Of a DNA stretch of 64,000 bases, positions 19,849-29,064 are shown piece after piece. The stretch is taken from positions 2,272,001-2,336,000 of the forward strand of contig OY970067.1 in assembly GCA_963705305.1 (NCBI GenBank), in the 5' to 3' direction. Within the stretch, counting starts at the first letter, position 1, and every line of letters begins with the position of its first letter. The stretch is from an uncultured Methylomirabilota bacterium. Its GTDB lineage: Bacteria; Methylomirabilota; Methylomirabilia; Methylomirabilales; 2-02-FULL-66-22. The notes beneath the pieces are model-generated. The model was not told the origin of the DNA. It made no database searches and saw only the letters and a program-made list of their open reading frames with translations. The position numbers and the translations under genes were made by a program.

Positions 19849-19984
19849 CCGCGTTGACAATGCAAGGCCGACAACCGACAATGCAGAACCGGCGAGGCAA
19901 AATCGACGGCGGGGACGACATGGATGAGCCATTGGCCGGTGGTCGGTTGTCGGTTTTCTATTGAAGATTTCCTCTGGGGTGTAG

Positions 19985-20683
19985 ATGGAGCTGATCTGGC
20001 AGGGGCTAGTCCAGGCGGCCCGGCTGCTCCTGGCGGGTGATCCCGAGGTCCTGCAGATCACCTGGCTGTCCTTGAAGGTGTCGGGAGGGGCCACGCTCCT
20101 GAGCCTGCTGGCGGGCATTCCGGCGGGCGTGGCCCTGGGGCTGGCGCGATTTCCGGGACGGCGCCTCTGTCTGGCGCTGGTTAATACGGGCATGGGCCTT
20201 CCCCCCGTGGTGGTCGGCCTGTTCGTCAGCATTTTCCTGTGGCGAAGCGGCCCGCTGGGGTTCTTGGAGCTGCTCTACACTCCGACCGCCATCGTCATCG
20301 CCCAGTTCATCATCGCCGCCCCCATCGTGACCGGCCTCACCGTGGCGGCCATGCAGCAGCTCAACCCACGGCTGCGTCTCCAGCTCCTGGCCCTGGGCGC
20401 CTCGCGCTGGCAGCTCTTGTGGCTGCTGGTGCGCGAGGCGCGCCTGCCCCTCCTGGCTGCGGTGATGGCCGGATTCGGCGGGGTGATCTCCGAGGTGGGG
20501 GCCTCCATGATGGTGGGCGGAAACCTGCTGGGCCAGACGCGGGTCCTGACGACCGCCACCGTCCTGGAGACGGGCAAGGGCAATTTCGATCTGGCCATTG
20601 CCCTGAGCCTGGTCCTCCTCTTGCTGGCCTTCGCGGTCAATTACCTCCTCACCTGGATCCAGCAGCGCGGGCGGGCCCGGTGA
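19985..20683 (+). CDS. tupB: Tungstate ABC transporter permease TupB
   Basis: GMGLPPVVVGL, SGPLG, SEVGASMMVGGN..QTRVLTTA. Confidence 0.92.
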   Translation: MELIWQGLVQAARLLLAGDPEVLQITWLSLKVSGGATLLSLLAGIPAGVALGLARFPGRRLCLALVNTGMGLPPVVVGLFVSIFLWRSGPLGFLELLYTPTAIVIAQFIIAAPIVTGLTVAAMQQLNPRLRLQLLALGASRWQLLWLLVREARLPLLAAVMAGFGGVISEVGASMMVGGNLLGQTRVLTTATVLETGKGNFDLAIALSLVLLLLAFAVNYLLTWIQQRGRAR

Positions 20684-21771
20684 GCATGGTCATCCTGGAG
20701 GGGAAGGATCTCACCGTATCCTACGGCAGCCGTCCGGTCCTGGACGTGCCGGGGATCGAGGTCCGCGAGGGGGAGATCCTGGCGGTCATGGGCCCCAACG
20801 GGGGAGGCAAGTCCACGCTCTTGCGCATCCTCGGATTGCTGGAGCGGCCTACCGGCGGCACGGTCCGCTTCCGGGGAGCGCCGGCCCCGGGATCGAGCCG
20901 GGCCCTCCTGGCGATCCGGCGGCGCTTCGCGTCGGTCTTTCAGGAGCCTCTTCTATGCGATACGACGGTCCGGGGCAACGTGGCGCTGGGCCTCCGGCTG
21001 CGGCACTTGCGCCGTCTGGAGGCCGCGAAGGCGCTGGACGCCTGGTTGTCCCGATTGGGAATCGCCCACCTGGCTAACCGGCCGGCACGGACGCTTTCTG
21101 GCGGCGAGGCGCAGCGCACCAGCCTGGCCCGGGCCTTCGCCCTCCAACCGGACGTCCTGTTCCTGGATGAGCCGTTCTCGGCCCTCGATCCTCCCACGCG
21201 GGACGAGCTGCTGACGCTGCTCCAGGACCTCTTGCGCCAGGAACGGTGCACCACCATCTTCGTGACCCACGATCGGGAGGAGGCCCTCCGGCTGGGGGAT
21301 CGCATCGCTGTCATGATGGACGGACGGCTCTGCCAGACGGGCGCCCCCGCCGAGGTCTTCGGGCATCCGAACTCCGAGGCGGTGGCCCGCTTCGTCGGTG
21401 TGGAGACCGTCCTGCCTGGTCGGGTTGTGGAGGAGCACGAGGGGCTCTTGACGGTCGGGGTGGATGGGGCCAGGATTCAGGCGCTGGGGCAGGCCTCTGT
21501 GGGCAGGTCGATGCTGGTGTGTCTCCGTCCCGAGGATGTCGTCATCCGCCCCCCGGATGCGCCCCTGGGGATCGAGAGCGCCCGCAATCGCCTGGAAGGT
21601 CAGGTCGTGGAGGTCACCCGGCTGGCGGCGCAGTATCGGGTGGAGGTAGCCTGCGGACCGCGCGTGGTGGCGCTGGTGACCAAGCAGTCCTTTCACGATC
21701 TGAATTTGGCGATGGGAAGCCGGGTAATCGTCAGCTTCAAGGCCTCTGCAGTGCACCTCATCCCGCGCTGA
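20680..21771 (+). CDS. tupC: Tungstate ABC transporter ATPase with TOBE domains
   Basis: GPNGGGKST, LSGGEAQR, DEPFSALD, C-terminal SARNRLEG..FKASAVHL. Confidence 0.88.
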   Translation: MSMVILEGKDLTVSYGSRPVLDVPGIEVREGEILAVMGPNGGGKSTLLRILGLLERPTGGTVRFRGAPAPGSSRALLAIRRRFASVFQEPLLCDTTVRGNVALGLRLRHLRRLEAAKALDAWLSRLGIAHLANRPARTLSGGEAQRTSLARAFALQPDVLFLDEPFSALDPPTRDELLTLLQDLLRQERCTTIFVTHDREEALRLGDRIAVMMDGRLCQTGAPAEVFGHPNSEAVARFVGVETVLPGRVVEEHEGLLTVGVDGARIQALGQASVGRSMLVCLRPEDVVIRPPDAPLGIESARNRLEGQVVEVTRLAAQYRVEVACGPRVVALVTKQSFHDLNLAMGSRVIVSFKASAVHLIPR

Positions 21772-21949
21772 TTCCCCCCGTGGGCGATTCGCCCCACCAG
21801 CGGATGCGCCGGCCGGTCTGACTTGTGAAACGACCCTTGACAGTGCATACTTTGGACTGATCCTTCGCGTACTAAGGCCCTTCTGCCGGCTCGGCCGCCT
21901 GGCGGGGGAGCCGACGGCGCCTCCGGACAACACAACGGGAGGAACTCCT

Positions 21950-22162
21950 ATGAAAATCAGCGCACGCAATACCTTGAAGGGCAAGATCAAGCACATCGAT
22001 ATGGGCGCGGTCAACGCCGAGATCACCGTCGAGCTGCCGGGAGGGGCCCAGATCGTCTCCATCATCACCAAGAAGTCGGTGAACGACTTGGCCCTGGCGG
22101 TCGGGAAGGACGTCTACGCCGTCATCAAGGCGTCCAATGTCATGATCGGCGTGGATCACTGA
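21950..22162 (+). CDS. mop: Molbindin (Mop/TOBE) molybdate/tungstate-binding protein
   Basis: MKISARN..G, SIIT, AVIKASNV; strong GGAGGA RBS. Confidence 0.93.
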   Translation: MKISARNTLKGKIKHIDMGAVNAEITVELPGGAQIVSIITKKSVNDLALAVGKDVYAVIKASNVMIGVDH

Positions 22163-22205
22163 TGCGGGGGGGACCGGAAGAGGAAAGCTGCCTGATCTGA
22201 GAGGA

Positions 22206-23309
22206 ATGGAGCCGATGATCACAGAGAAGGCCGTGCTGCAGGCCTTGTCCACCGTCAAGGACCCGGAACTCCACCGGGATCTGGTGACGCTGGGCATGAT
22301 CCGCAACGTGAAAATCGAGGGGGACGACATAACTTTCGAGGTAGTGCTGACGACGCCGGCATGTCCCCTCAAAGCCCAGATCGAGCGGGAATGCCGCGAC
22401 GCGCTGGCCGGGATTCCGGGCATCGGTCGGGTGACCGTCCGGTGGGGCTCGAACGTGGCCGCCTCCCGTCGCATGGCCGAGCCGGGGGGCATTCCGGGCA
22501 TCAAGAACATCCTTGCAGTGGCCTCCGGGAAAGGGGGTGTCGGCAAGTCCACCGTGAGCGTCAACCTGGCGGTCGCGCTGGCCGAGAGTGGCGCAGCCGT
22601 CGGGCTCCTGGATGCGGATATTTACGGCCCGAGTATTCCCCAGATGATGGGGATCCGGCACAAGCCGGATATTGACGCCCAGCAGCGGATGATCCCGCCG
22701 GAGGCGCATGGGGTGAAGATCATGTCCCTGGGCTTTCTCCTGCCCGATGACTCTTCTCCCGTGATCTGGCGGGGCCCCATGGTGACCAAGGCCTTGACAC
22801 AGTTTCTGCGGGGCGTGGCCTGGGGCGAGCTGGACTACCTGCTGATCGACCTGCCCCCGGGGACGGGCGATGCGCAGCTGACCCTGTCGCAGGGCCTGGC
22901 CATGTCCGGCGTGGTCATCGTCACCACGCCGCAGGACCTCGCCATGACCATCGCCAGCCGGGTGCTCCTGATGTTTCGGAAGATGCAGGTGCCGATCCTG
23001 GGGATCGTGGAGAACATGAGCACGTTCGTCTGTCCCGCCTGCCATCGCGAGACGCCGATCTTCAGCCAGGGCGGCGGCCGCAAAGCCAGCGAAGAGCTGG
23101 AGACCCCGTTCCTGGGGGGGATTCCCCTGGACGGCGAAGTGTGCGAAGGCGGGGACGACGGCAGGCCGATTCTGCTGCGGAACCCGAGCTCCCCCGTGGC
23201 CGAGGTCTTCCGCGAGGTGGCCCGAAACCTGGCGGGGCGGGTGAGCGTCGAGGCGCTCACGGGGCACGGGAAGTTCGGCCCATCTTTGCCGCTGGTGACG
23301 GGCGGGTAG
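22206..23309 (+). CDS. apbC: Mrp/ApbC/NBP35 Fe-S cluster carrier ATPase with N-terminal DUF59
   Basis: DPELHRDLV, LTTPACP, SGKGGVGKST, DLPPGTGD, ENMS..CPAC. Confidence 0.94.
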   Translation: MEPMITEKAVLQALSTVKDPELHRDLVTLGMIRNVKIEGDDITFEVVLTTPACPLKAQIERECRDALAGIPGIGRVTVRWGSNVAASRRMAEPGGIPGIKNILAVASGKGGVGKSTVSVNLAVALAESGAAVGLLDADIYGPSIPQMMGIRHKPDIDAQQRMIPPEAHGVKIMSLGFLLPDDSSPVIWRGPMVTKALTQFLRGVAWGELDYLLIDLPPGTGDAQLTLSQGLAMSGVVIVTTPQDLAMTIASRVLLMFRKMQVPILGIVENMSTFVCPACHRETPIFSQGGGRKASEELETPFLGGIPLDGEVCEGGDDGRPILLRNPSSPVAEVFREVARNLAGRVSVEALTGHGKFGPSLPLVTGG

Positions 23310-23483
23310 CGCCGCCTGCGGGGCCGGCACGCCTTCGGCGTCCCGGGGCCTGCCGCCGGTTCGCGGCCCGCACGGGATGCGGTCGCCAAAGCCCTTTGCA
23401 TGGCGGGCGTTATTGGCTATACTGCGCTCCAACGTCCCGGCCCGATTCCAGCCCTACCTATTCCCGGTCCAGAGGAGCCAGTC

Positions 23484-24506
23484 ATGGCCAGACGTTCCGG
23501 CAAAGCGGCCGCCGAATCGATCCCGGAGGTTGCGAGGACACCGTCGATGGACAAGAAAGTACTGGTGGATCTTCTCTATCAGATGCTCCTCGTTCGACGC
23601 TTCGAGGAGAAGGCCGCCGAGGCGTACTCGCAGGGAAAGATCGGGGGGTTCCTCCACCTGGATGTCGGGATGGAGGCGTCCTGCGTCGGGGCCATCTCGG
23701 TGCTCCGACCGGATGATTATGTCATCGCGGGCTATCGGGAGCACGGCCACTGCCTGGCCAAGGGCGCCGATCCCCGCCGTGCCATGGCCGAGCTGTTCGG
23801 CCGGGTGGACGGGCTGAGCAAGGGGAAGGGCGGGTCCATGCACTTCTTCTCCAAGGAGCACAACTTCCTGGGCGGGACCGGGATCGTGGGCGGCCAGCTG
23901 CCGATCGGCACGGGCGTGGGCCTGGCAATCAACTACCAGGGAGGCGACCAGGTGTGCCTGGTCTTCTTCGGGGACGGCTCGGTGGCCCAGGGGGTCTTCC
24001 ATGAGTCCCTCAACCTGGCCTCCCTCTGGAAGCTGCCGGTCATCTACATCTGCGAGAACAACCTGTACGCCATGGGGACGGCCCTGAAGCGGACGCAGGC
24101 GATGACGGATCTGTACAAGAAGGCGGAGGCATACGCCATGCCGGGGGAGCAGGTCAACGGGATGGACGTGCTGGCCGTGCGCGAGGCGGTGGGCCGCGCC
24201 GTCGAGCGGGCGCGTCGCGAGCACACCCCCTCCCTCATCGAGACCAGGACCTATCGCTTTCGCGGCCACTCCGCGCGGGATCCGGCGGCGGCGATCTATC
24301 GAACCCGGGAGGAAGTGGACGAGTGGCGGAAGTCGGATCCGATCGTCCATCTCTGGGATCAGCTGAGCCGGGAAGGGATCATCAGCGACGCCGAGTACAA
24401 GGCGATGGACCAAGAGATCAACCAGGTGATCGAGGAGGCGGTGGCCTTTGCCGAGGCCTCGCCGGAGCCCCCGCTGGAAGAGCTTCTCACGGATGTGTAT
24501 GTGTGA
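23484..24506 (+). CDS. pdhA: Pyruvate dehydrogenase E1 alpha
   Basis: GKIGGFLHL, GKGGSMH, ThDP motif FGDG...ENN, TYRFRGHS. Confidence 0.93.
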   Translation: MARRSGKAAAESIPEVARTPSMDKKVLVDLLYQMLLVRRFEEKAAEAYSQGKIGGFLHLDVGMEASCVGAISVLRPDDYVIAGYREHGHCLAKGADPRRAMAELFGRVDGLSKGKGGSMHFFSKEHNFLGGTGIVGGQLPIGTGVGLAINYQGGDQVCLVFFGDGSVAQGVFHESLNLASLWKLPVIYICENNLYAMGTALKRTQAMTDLYKKAEAYAMPGEQVNGMDVLAVREAVGRAVERARREHTPSLIETRTYRFRGHSARDPAAAIYRTREEVDEWRKSDPIVHLWDQLSREGIISDAEYKAMDQEINQVIEEAVAFAEASPEPPLEELLTDVYV

Positions 24507-24601
24507 GAGCGCGGCGCACAGCGCCCAGGGCATGGTGTGGGAAGCAGGGAACGGCCTGCGCTGAGCGCTATGCTCCATGCGCGACCAAGGCGGAGCCTGA
24601 C

Positions 24602-25579
24602 ATGGCCATCATCACGTATCGCGAGGCGTTGAACCAGGCCCTGCGGGAAGAGATGCGGCGGGATCCCCGGGTCTTCCTGATGGGGGAAGAGGTCGGGGTG
24701 TACCAGGGCGCCTACAAGGTCAGCCAGGGTCTGCTGGAGGAGTTCGGGGCGCGGCGGGTGATCGACACGCCGATCAGCGAGGCCGGCTTCGTGGGCGCGG
24801 GGATCGGCGCCGCCATGGTGGGCCTGCGGCCGGTGGTGGAGATGATGACCTTCAACTTCGCCATCGTGGCACTGGACCAGATCGTGAACCACGCCGCCAA
24901 GATCCTCTACATGTCGGGCGGTCAGTTCCGGGTTCCCATGGTCATCCGCGGTCCAGGAGGGCCCGCCGCCCAGCTCGCCGCCCAGCACTCGCAGAGCATG
25001 GAGGCCTATTTCTACCACGTGCCGGGCCTCAAGGTGGTCCGGCCCTCCACCCCCCGCGATGCCAAGGGCTTGCTGAAGAGCGCCATCCGCGACGAGAATC
25101 CCGTCATCTTCATCGAAGCCGAGACGCTCTACGGGGTCAAGGGCGAGGTGCCGGAGGAGGAGTACACCATCCCGCTGGGGGTGGCCGAGGTCAAGTGCGA
25201 GGGGGCGGACGTGACGGTCGTCGCCTATATGGGGATGCTCTACCAGGCGCTGGAGGCGGCCGAGGAGCTGGCCAAAGAGGGGATCTCGGTCGAGGTGGTG
25301 GATCCCCGCACATTCCGGCCCATGGACAAGACCACCCTCATTGAATCGGTGAAGAAGACCCATCACGCGGTGGTCGCCGAGGCCGGGGCCGGCTTCGCCG
25401 GCTTGGGGGCGGAGATTGCGACCATCCTCACCGAGGAGGCCTTCGACTACCTGGACTCCCAGGTGGTGCGGGTGACCGGGGCTAATGCGCCGATGCCGTA
25501 CGCCAGGAACCTGGAGCGGGCCAAGACCCCGAGCAAGAGCCACATCATCGCGGGGATCAAACAGGCCCTTGCCCTTTAG
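24602..25579 (+). CDS. pdhB: Pyruvate dehydrogenase E1 beta
   Basis: GEEVGVYQGAYKV, DTPISE, EMMTFNF, AQHSQ. Confidence 0.94.
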   Translation: MAIITYREALNQALREEMRRDPRVFLMGEEVGVYQGAYKVSQGLLEEFGARRVIDTPISEAGFVGAGIGAAMVGLRPVVEMMTFNFAIVALDQIVNHAAKILYMSGGQFRVPMVIRGPGGPAAQLAAQHSQSMEAYFYHVPGLKVVRPSTPRDAKGLLKSAIRDENPVIFIEAETLYGVKGEVPEEEYTIPLGVAEVKCEGADVTVVAYMGMLYQALEAAEELAKEGISVEVVDPRTFRPMDKTTLIESVKKTHHAVVAEAGAGFAGLGAEIATILTEEAFDYLDSQVVRVTGANAPMPYARNLERAKTPSKSHIIAGIKQALAL

Positions 25580-25751
25580 CAGGCTGCTGAAAAAGGCCCA
25601 TCTGCGGACACCCAGCTTTCGGCTGGGTACCCGCGCGCTCCCGCGACGCTGCGACGTACCCGTAAGTACGCCTCGCATCTCGGATCGCGCGCCGCCTTGC
25701 ATCTGGACCTTTTTGAGCAGCCTGGGCGAGATGAGTTATTCAGCATCCTGC
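25579..25751. mobile_element. MITE/REP-like non-autonomous element (~170 bp)
   Basis: Left GCAGGCTGCTGAAAAAGG, internal inverted copy CCTTTTTGAGCAGCCTG (to 25724), terminal TTATTCAGCATCCTGC (to 25751); begins at the pdhB stop codon. Confidence 0.7.
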
Positions 25752-25886
25752 GAGGGTAACTGAAAATTTCACAATGGCAACGGACAACTGAAGACGGACA
25801 CAACGTTGACCGGTTTTCCGTTGTTTGTTGTCAGTTTTAACTTCGCGATGTCGGTTTGAGGGCTTTCAATTCCAACGGAGCTGGCC

Positions 25887-27206
25887 ATGCCGACCAAAGT
25901 GATCATGCCGAAGCTCTCGGATGCCATGGAAGAGGGACGCATCCTGCAGTGGCTGAAGAAGGAAGGGGATCGCGTGCAGTCGGGGGATGTCCTGGCGTCC
26001 ATCGAGACCGACAAGGCCGAGATCGAGCTGGAGGCCTTCGGCTCCGGAGTCGTGCGGAAGATCCTGCTGGGGGACGGCGAGTCCGTTCCGGTGGGCAAGC
26101 TGATCGCCGTCATCGCCGAGCCGGACGAGGACATCCAGGGTCTGCTGTCCGGCGACGAGACCGCCACGCCGGCCGAGGGGCAACCCAGGGAATCCAAGCC
26201 CGCCGCCACGCCGGCCGGCGTCAAGGCGGAGGGCGCGCCCCAGGCCAAGCCCGCCCCGGCACAGGCCGAGCCCCCATCGACGCTTCCGCCGACGGAGGAA
26301 TACAAGGTCCCGACGCCGGCAGCCGTTGCGCCGCCTCAAGCCGGAGGCGGCTGGATTCCCGCGTCTCCCATCGCGCGCCGCATGGCGCGGGATGCCGGGA
26401 TCGATCTGGCCCAGGTCAAGGGAAGCGGCCCCGGCGGACGAATCCTGGAGCGGGACGTGGAGGCCGCCATCGCGACGCAGGCGCAGCATCGCGGGGGGGC
26501 GGAGGTCCCGGAGGGTGCCCGCGAGTTCGAGGACAAAGAGCTGAGCACGATCCGGCGGACTATCGCCACCCGCATGGTGCAGAGCAAAGCCCCCATCCCG
26601 CACTTCACCGTGACGGTGGAGGTGGACATGGGCGCCGCCCAGGAGCTGCGGAAGTCGCTGAACGCCATCGGCGCCGAGGCCGAGAAGCTGAGCCTCAACC
26701 ACATCATCATCAAGGCCACGGCGCTGGCCCTCACACGCCATCCGGCCGTCAACGCGGCGTATAAGGACGGGAAGGTGCGGCTGTACCGGCACGTGCACTT
26801 GGGGGTGGCCGTGTCGCTGGAAGACGGCCTCATCGTGCCCGTCATCCGCGAGTGCGATCGGAAGACCTTGGGCGAGATCGCCCGCGAGGCCAAGAGCCTG
26901 ATCGATCGCGCCCGAAGCAAGAAGCTGCGGCCGGAGGAGTATTCCGGCGGAACCTTCGCCATCTCCAACATGGGCATGTTCGAGGTGCTGGAGTTCAGCG
27001 CCGTCATCGACCCGGCCCACGGGGCCATTCTGGCGGTGGGGGCCATCGAGGACAGGCCGGCGGTGGTGAACGGTCAGATCGTCGTTCGGCCGCGGATGCG
27101 CCTCACCGGCTCGTTCGACCACCGGATCATCGACGGGGCCATGGGGGCGAAGTTCCTCCAGGGGCTGAAGCGGATCCTGGAGAACCCGGTGCAGCTGCTG
27201 CTGTGA
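25887..27206 (+). CDS. pdhC: Dihydrolipoamide acetyltransferase E2
   Basis: Lipoyl ETDKA, Pro/Ala linker, E3-binding ASPIARR..GSGPGGRI, catalytic DHRIIDG. Confidence 0.94.
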   Translation: MPTKVIMPKLSDAMEEGRILQWLKKEGDRVQSGDVLASIETDKAEIELEAFGSGVVRKILLGDGESVPVGKLIAVIAEPDEDIQGLLSGDETATPAEGQPRESKPAATPAGVKAEGAPQAKPAPAQAEPPSTLPPTEEYKVPTPAAVAPPQAGGGWIPASPIARRMARDAGIDLAQVKGSGPGGRILERDVEAAIATQAQHRGGAEVPEGAREFEDKELSTIRRTIATRMVQSKAPIPHFTVTVEVDMGAAQELRKSLNAIGAEAEKLSLNHIIIKATALALTRHPAVNAAYKDGKVRLYRHVHLGVAVSLEDGLIVPVIRECDRKTLGEIAREAKSLIDRARSKKLRPEEYSGGTFAISNMGMFEVLEFSAVIDPAHGAILAVGAIEDRPAVVNGQIVVRPRMRLTGSFDHRIIDGAMGAKFLQGLKRILENPVQLLL

Positions 27207-27222
27207 CCCGGAGAATGCCCCG

Positions 27223-27252
27223 GATCGGGTTCGAATCCGGTCCCCGCGGCCA
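27223..27252 (+). other. Degenerate tRNA (Met-like) 3'-end fragment, possible att scar
   Basis: GATCGGGTTCGAATCCGGTCCCCGCGGCCA is a T-arm plus acceptor 3' strand plus CCA, with no 5' half. Confidence 0.5.
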
Positions 27253-27268
27253 ATGTAATGTCGAAAGA

Positions 27269-27308
27269 CAAAGGCTCTGGCGAAACAAGCCGGAGTCTTT
27301 GCTTTTCT
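27269..27308 (+). terminator. Intrinsic terminator-like hairpin downstream of pdhC
   Basis: CAAAGGCTCTGGC-GAAACAA-GCCGGAGTCTTTG followed by CTTTTCT. Confidence 0.6.
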
Positions 27309-27749
27309 GGAGGAATGGAGGTGTCCTTGGGCGCTCCTCCTTCATGAGCTCCTTGGCTGGAGGGCCGCTTTTTGATATCTGATATAAGTCATATGCGATT
27401 TCCTTCGCCCTCAGAAAGCGGAAGTGCCCGAAGGTCGACCGTGCCCGCATTGCCCCGCCTATCCGGACCCTCGTCGAGCGCTGGCGTGCGATCCGCCTGC
27501 GGCGGAATCTTCGGTCCCCGTTCTTGTGAAGGGAAGCCTCGAATGGCAGAACGCCAATTTTTCTCCAAGAATCGGCGTGTTCTGTTCGGAGGGGAGAATA
27601 GCGGGAGGGGCCCCAGCGAGCTTCGAACGAGCGAGATAAGTGCGCCGCGTCCCGGCGACGACCCGACTGACTATCGAGAGTCCTCGGGGCGCCACGGGCC
27701 TCCGTGTAATCTCTCCTAGCAATAATGCAACTTTGGATGCAACGTCCCC

Positions 27750-28088
27750 TCGACGCGAGCTGGGCGAAGCGGCGGGCCCCGGTGAAGAAAGCCAGGAGGA
27801 TCTGGTGCGGCGGCGTGGCGTTGGGCGAGGGGACTTCCAACGAGAGTGCGGCCTCCAGGGTCTGCGCGACCCCGATCCACTGGGCGGACGCGAGGAACAG
27901 TGCCAGGCCCCCGAACACCGTCACCGGCTTATCCGTGAAGGTGCCACCGATTGCTTTCTGGCCGCCCATGGGCGTAAATTCGGCCTGCATCGTTTTGTCC
28001 CTCCTTCGCTAGGGCGTGATGTCTCGCAACCGCACGCGAGAGGAGGTCCCGGGCAAAACGATGCACTTTTTTGACTGCAACGTCTGGG
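27750..28088 (-). mobile_element. IS1380-family remnant (left end plus transposase N-terminal fragment, ATG at 27990)
   Basis: FTDKPVTVFGGLALF...SPNATPPHQILLAFF.GARRFAQL resembles IS1380 transposase N-termini; putative end CCCAGACGTTGCAGTC; truncated at about 27750. Confidence 0.6.
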
Positions 28089-28173
28089 AGAATTGTTGTT
28101 GGCCGCCGGCTTCATGTAGTCGAGGGCCCGAACGGAGTTCAGGCTGAACGGTCCGAACGGGAAGGAGAGAGCG

Positions 28174-29064
28174 ATGCACGTTGGCTTCGTAGGCACCGGT
28201 AACATGGGCGGACCCATGGCGACCAATGTCCTCAAGGCAGGCCATCAACTCACCGTTTTCGACGCGCGCACGGAGGCAACCGCGCCGCTTCAGAAGCTCG
28301 GGGCGCGCCGCGCGCCCGATCTTCCCGCGGTCGCAGCTGCGGTGGAGGTGACCCTGACCAGCCTGCCGAACGACGCCAGCGTGGAGGAGGTGCTGTTGGG
28401 CTCCGCAGGGACGCCGGGTCTGATCGCCGGCGCTCACGCCGGCCACGTGGTGTTCGACCTGAGCACCGTGAGCCCCGACACGACGCGGCGGCTGGCGGCC
28501 CGAACCGCGGAGCGCGGGGTTCGGCTCATCGACGCGCCGGTGAGTGGCAGCGTGAGCGGCGCCGTCGCCGGAACGCTTGCCGTGATGATCGGCGCGCCGG
28601 CCCACGACGTTGCGCCCTACGAGAGCGTCCTGCGCGCGATCGGCAAGAACCTCTTCTGCCTGGGCGAGCCGGGCCGGGGCAACATCTTGAAACTCCTCAA
28701 CAACTACGTGTCGCTCACCAACCAGGCAGCCCTCTGCGAGGCGATGGCGCTCGCCGATCGCCTGGGCGTCGACCGGCAGACTGTCGGCGAGGTGCTCACC
28801 CGCGCCTCGGGCGCGAGCTTCATTCTGGAGCGCAAGCTCTCCGCCCTTGTTGCCCACGACTATCGGGCCGGCTTCTTCGTCGACCTCGCCTGGAAGGACC
28901 TGCGCCTGGCCCTCGAGTTGGCCGAGCGCGCAGGCGCTCGCACTGAAGTCGCAAGGCAGGCGTGCGAGCTGTACGGAGAGGCGAGCCGGGCCGGCTTCGG
29001 CCGACTCGACAGCTCAGGACTGCTGAGCCTCCTCGAGCCGTCGCCAGCGCCTAAACCGATCTGA
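28174..29064 (+). CDS. NAD(P)-dependent beta-hydroxyacid dehydrogenase (3-hydroxyisobutyrate DH/GarR family)
   Basis: GFVGTGNMGGPMA, DAPVSG, catalytic KLLNN, KDLRLA. Confidence 0.9.
   Translation: MHVGFVGTGNMGGPMATNVLKAGHQLTVFDARTEATAPLQKLGARRAPDLPAVAAAVEVTLTSLPNDASVEEVLLGSAGTPGLIAGAHAGHVVFDLSTVSPDTTRRLAARTAERGVRLIDAPVSGSVSGAVAGTLAVMIGAPAHDVAPYESVLRAIGKNLFCLGEPGRGNILKLLNNYVSLTNQAALCEAMALADRLGVDRQTVGEVLTRASGASFILERKLSALVAHDYRAGFFVDLAWKDLRLALELAERAGARTEVARQACELYGEASRAGFGRLDSSGLLSLLEPSPAPKPI

Noticed and set aside
26160..26345. Low-complexity repeats in pdhC, also in pal and the anti-sigma
   Set aside because: These encode ordinary Pro/Ala-rich linkers rather than DNA repeat elements
27207..27252. 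Intact tRNA gene
   Set aside because: Only the T-arm and 3' end are present; no D-arm or anticodon arm fits between the pdhC stop and this fragment
27712..27738. CCTAG-starting sequence as the right inverted repeat of the IS1380 remnant
   Set aside because: Only about 8 nt of similarity and no target duplication; better explained as part of the TAGCAA..CAACGTCCCC motif
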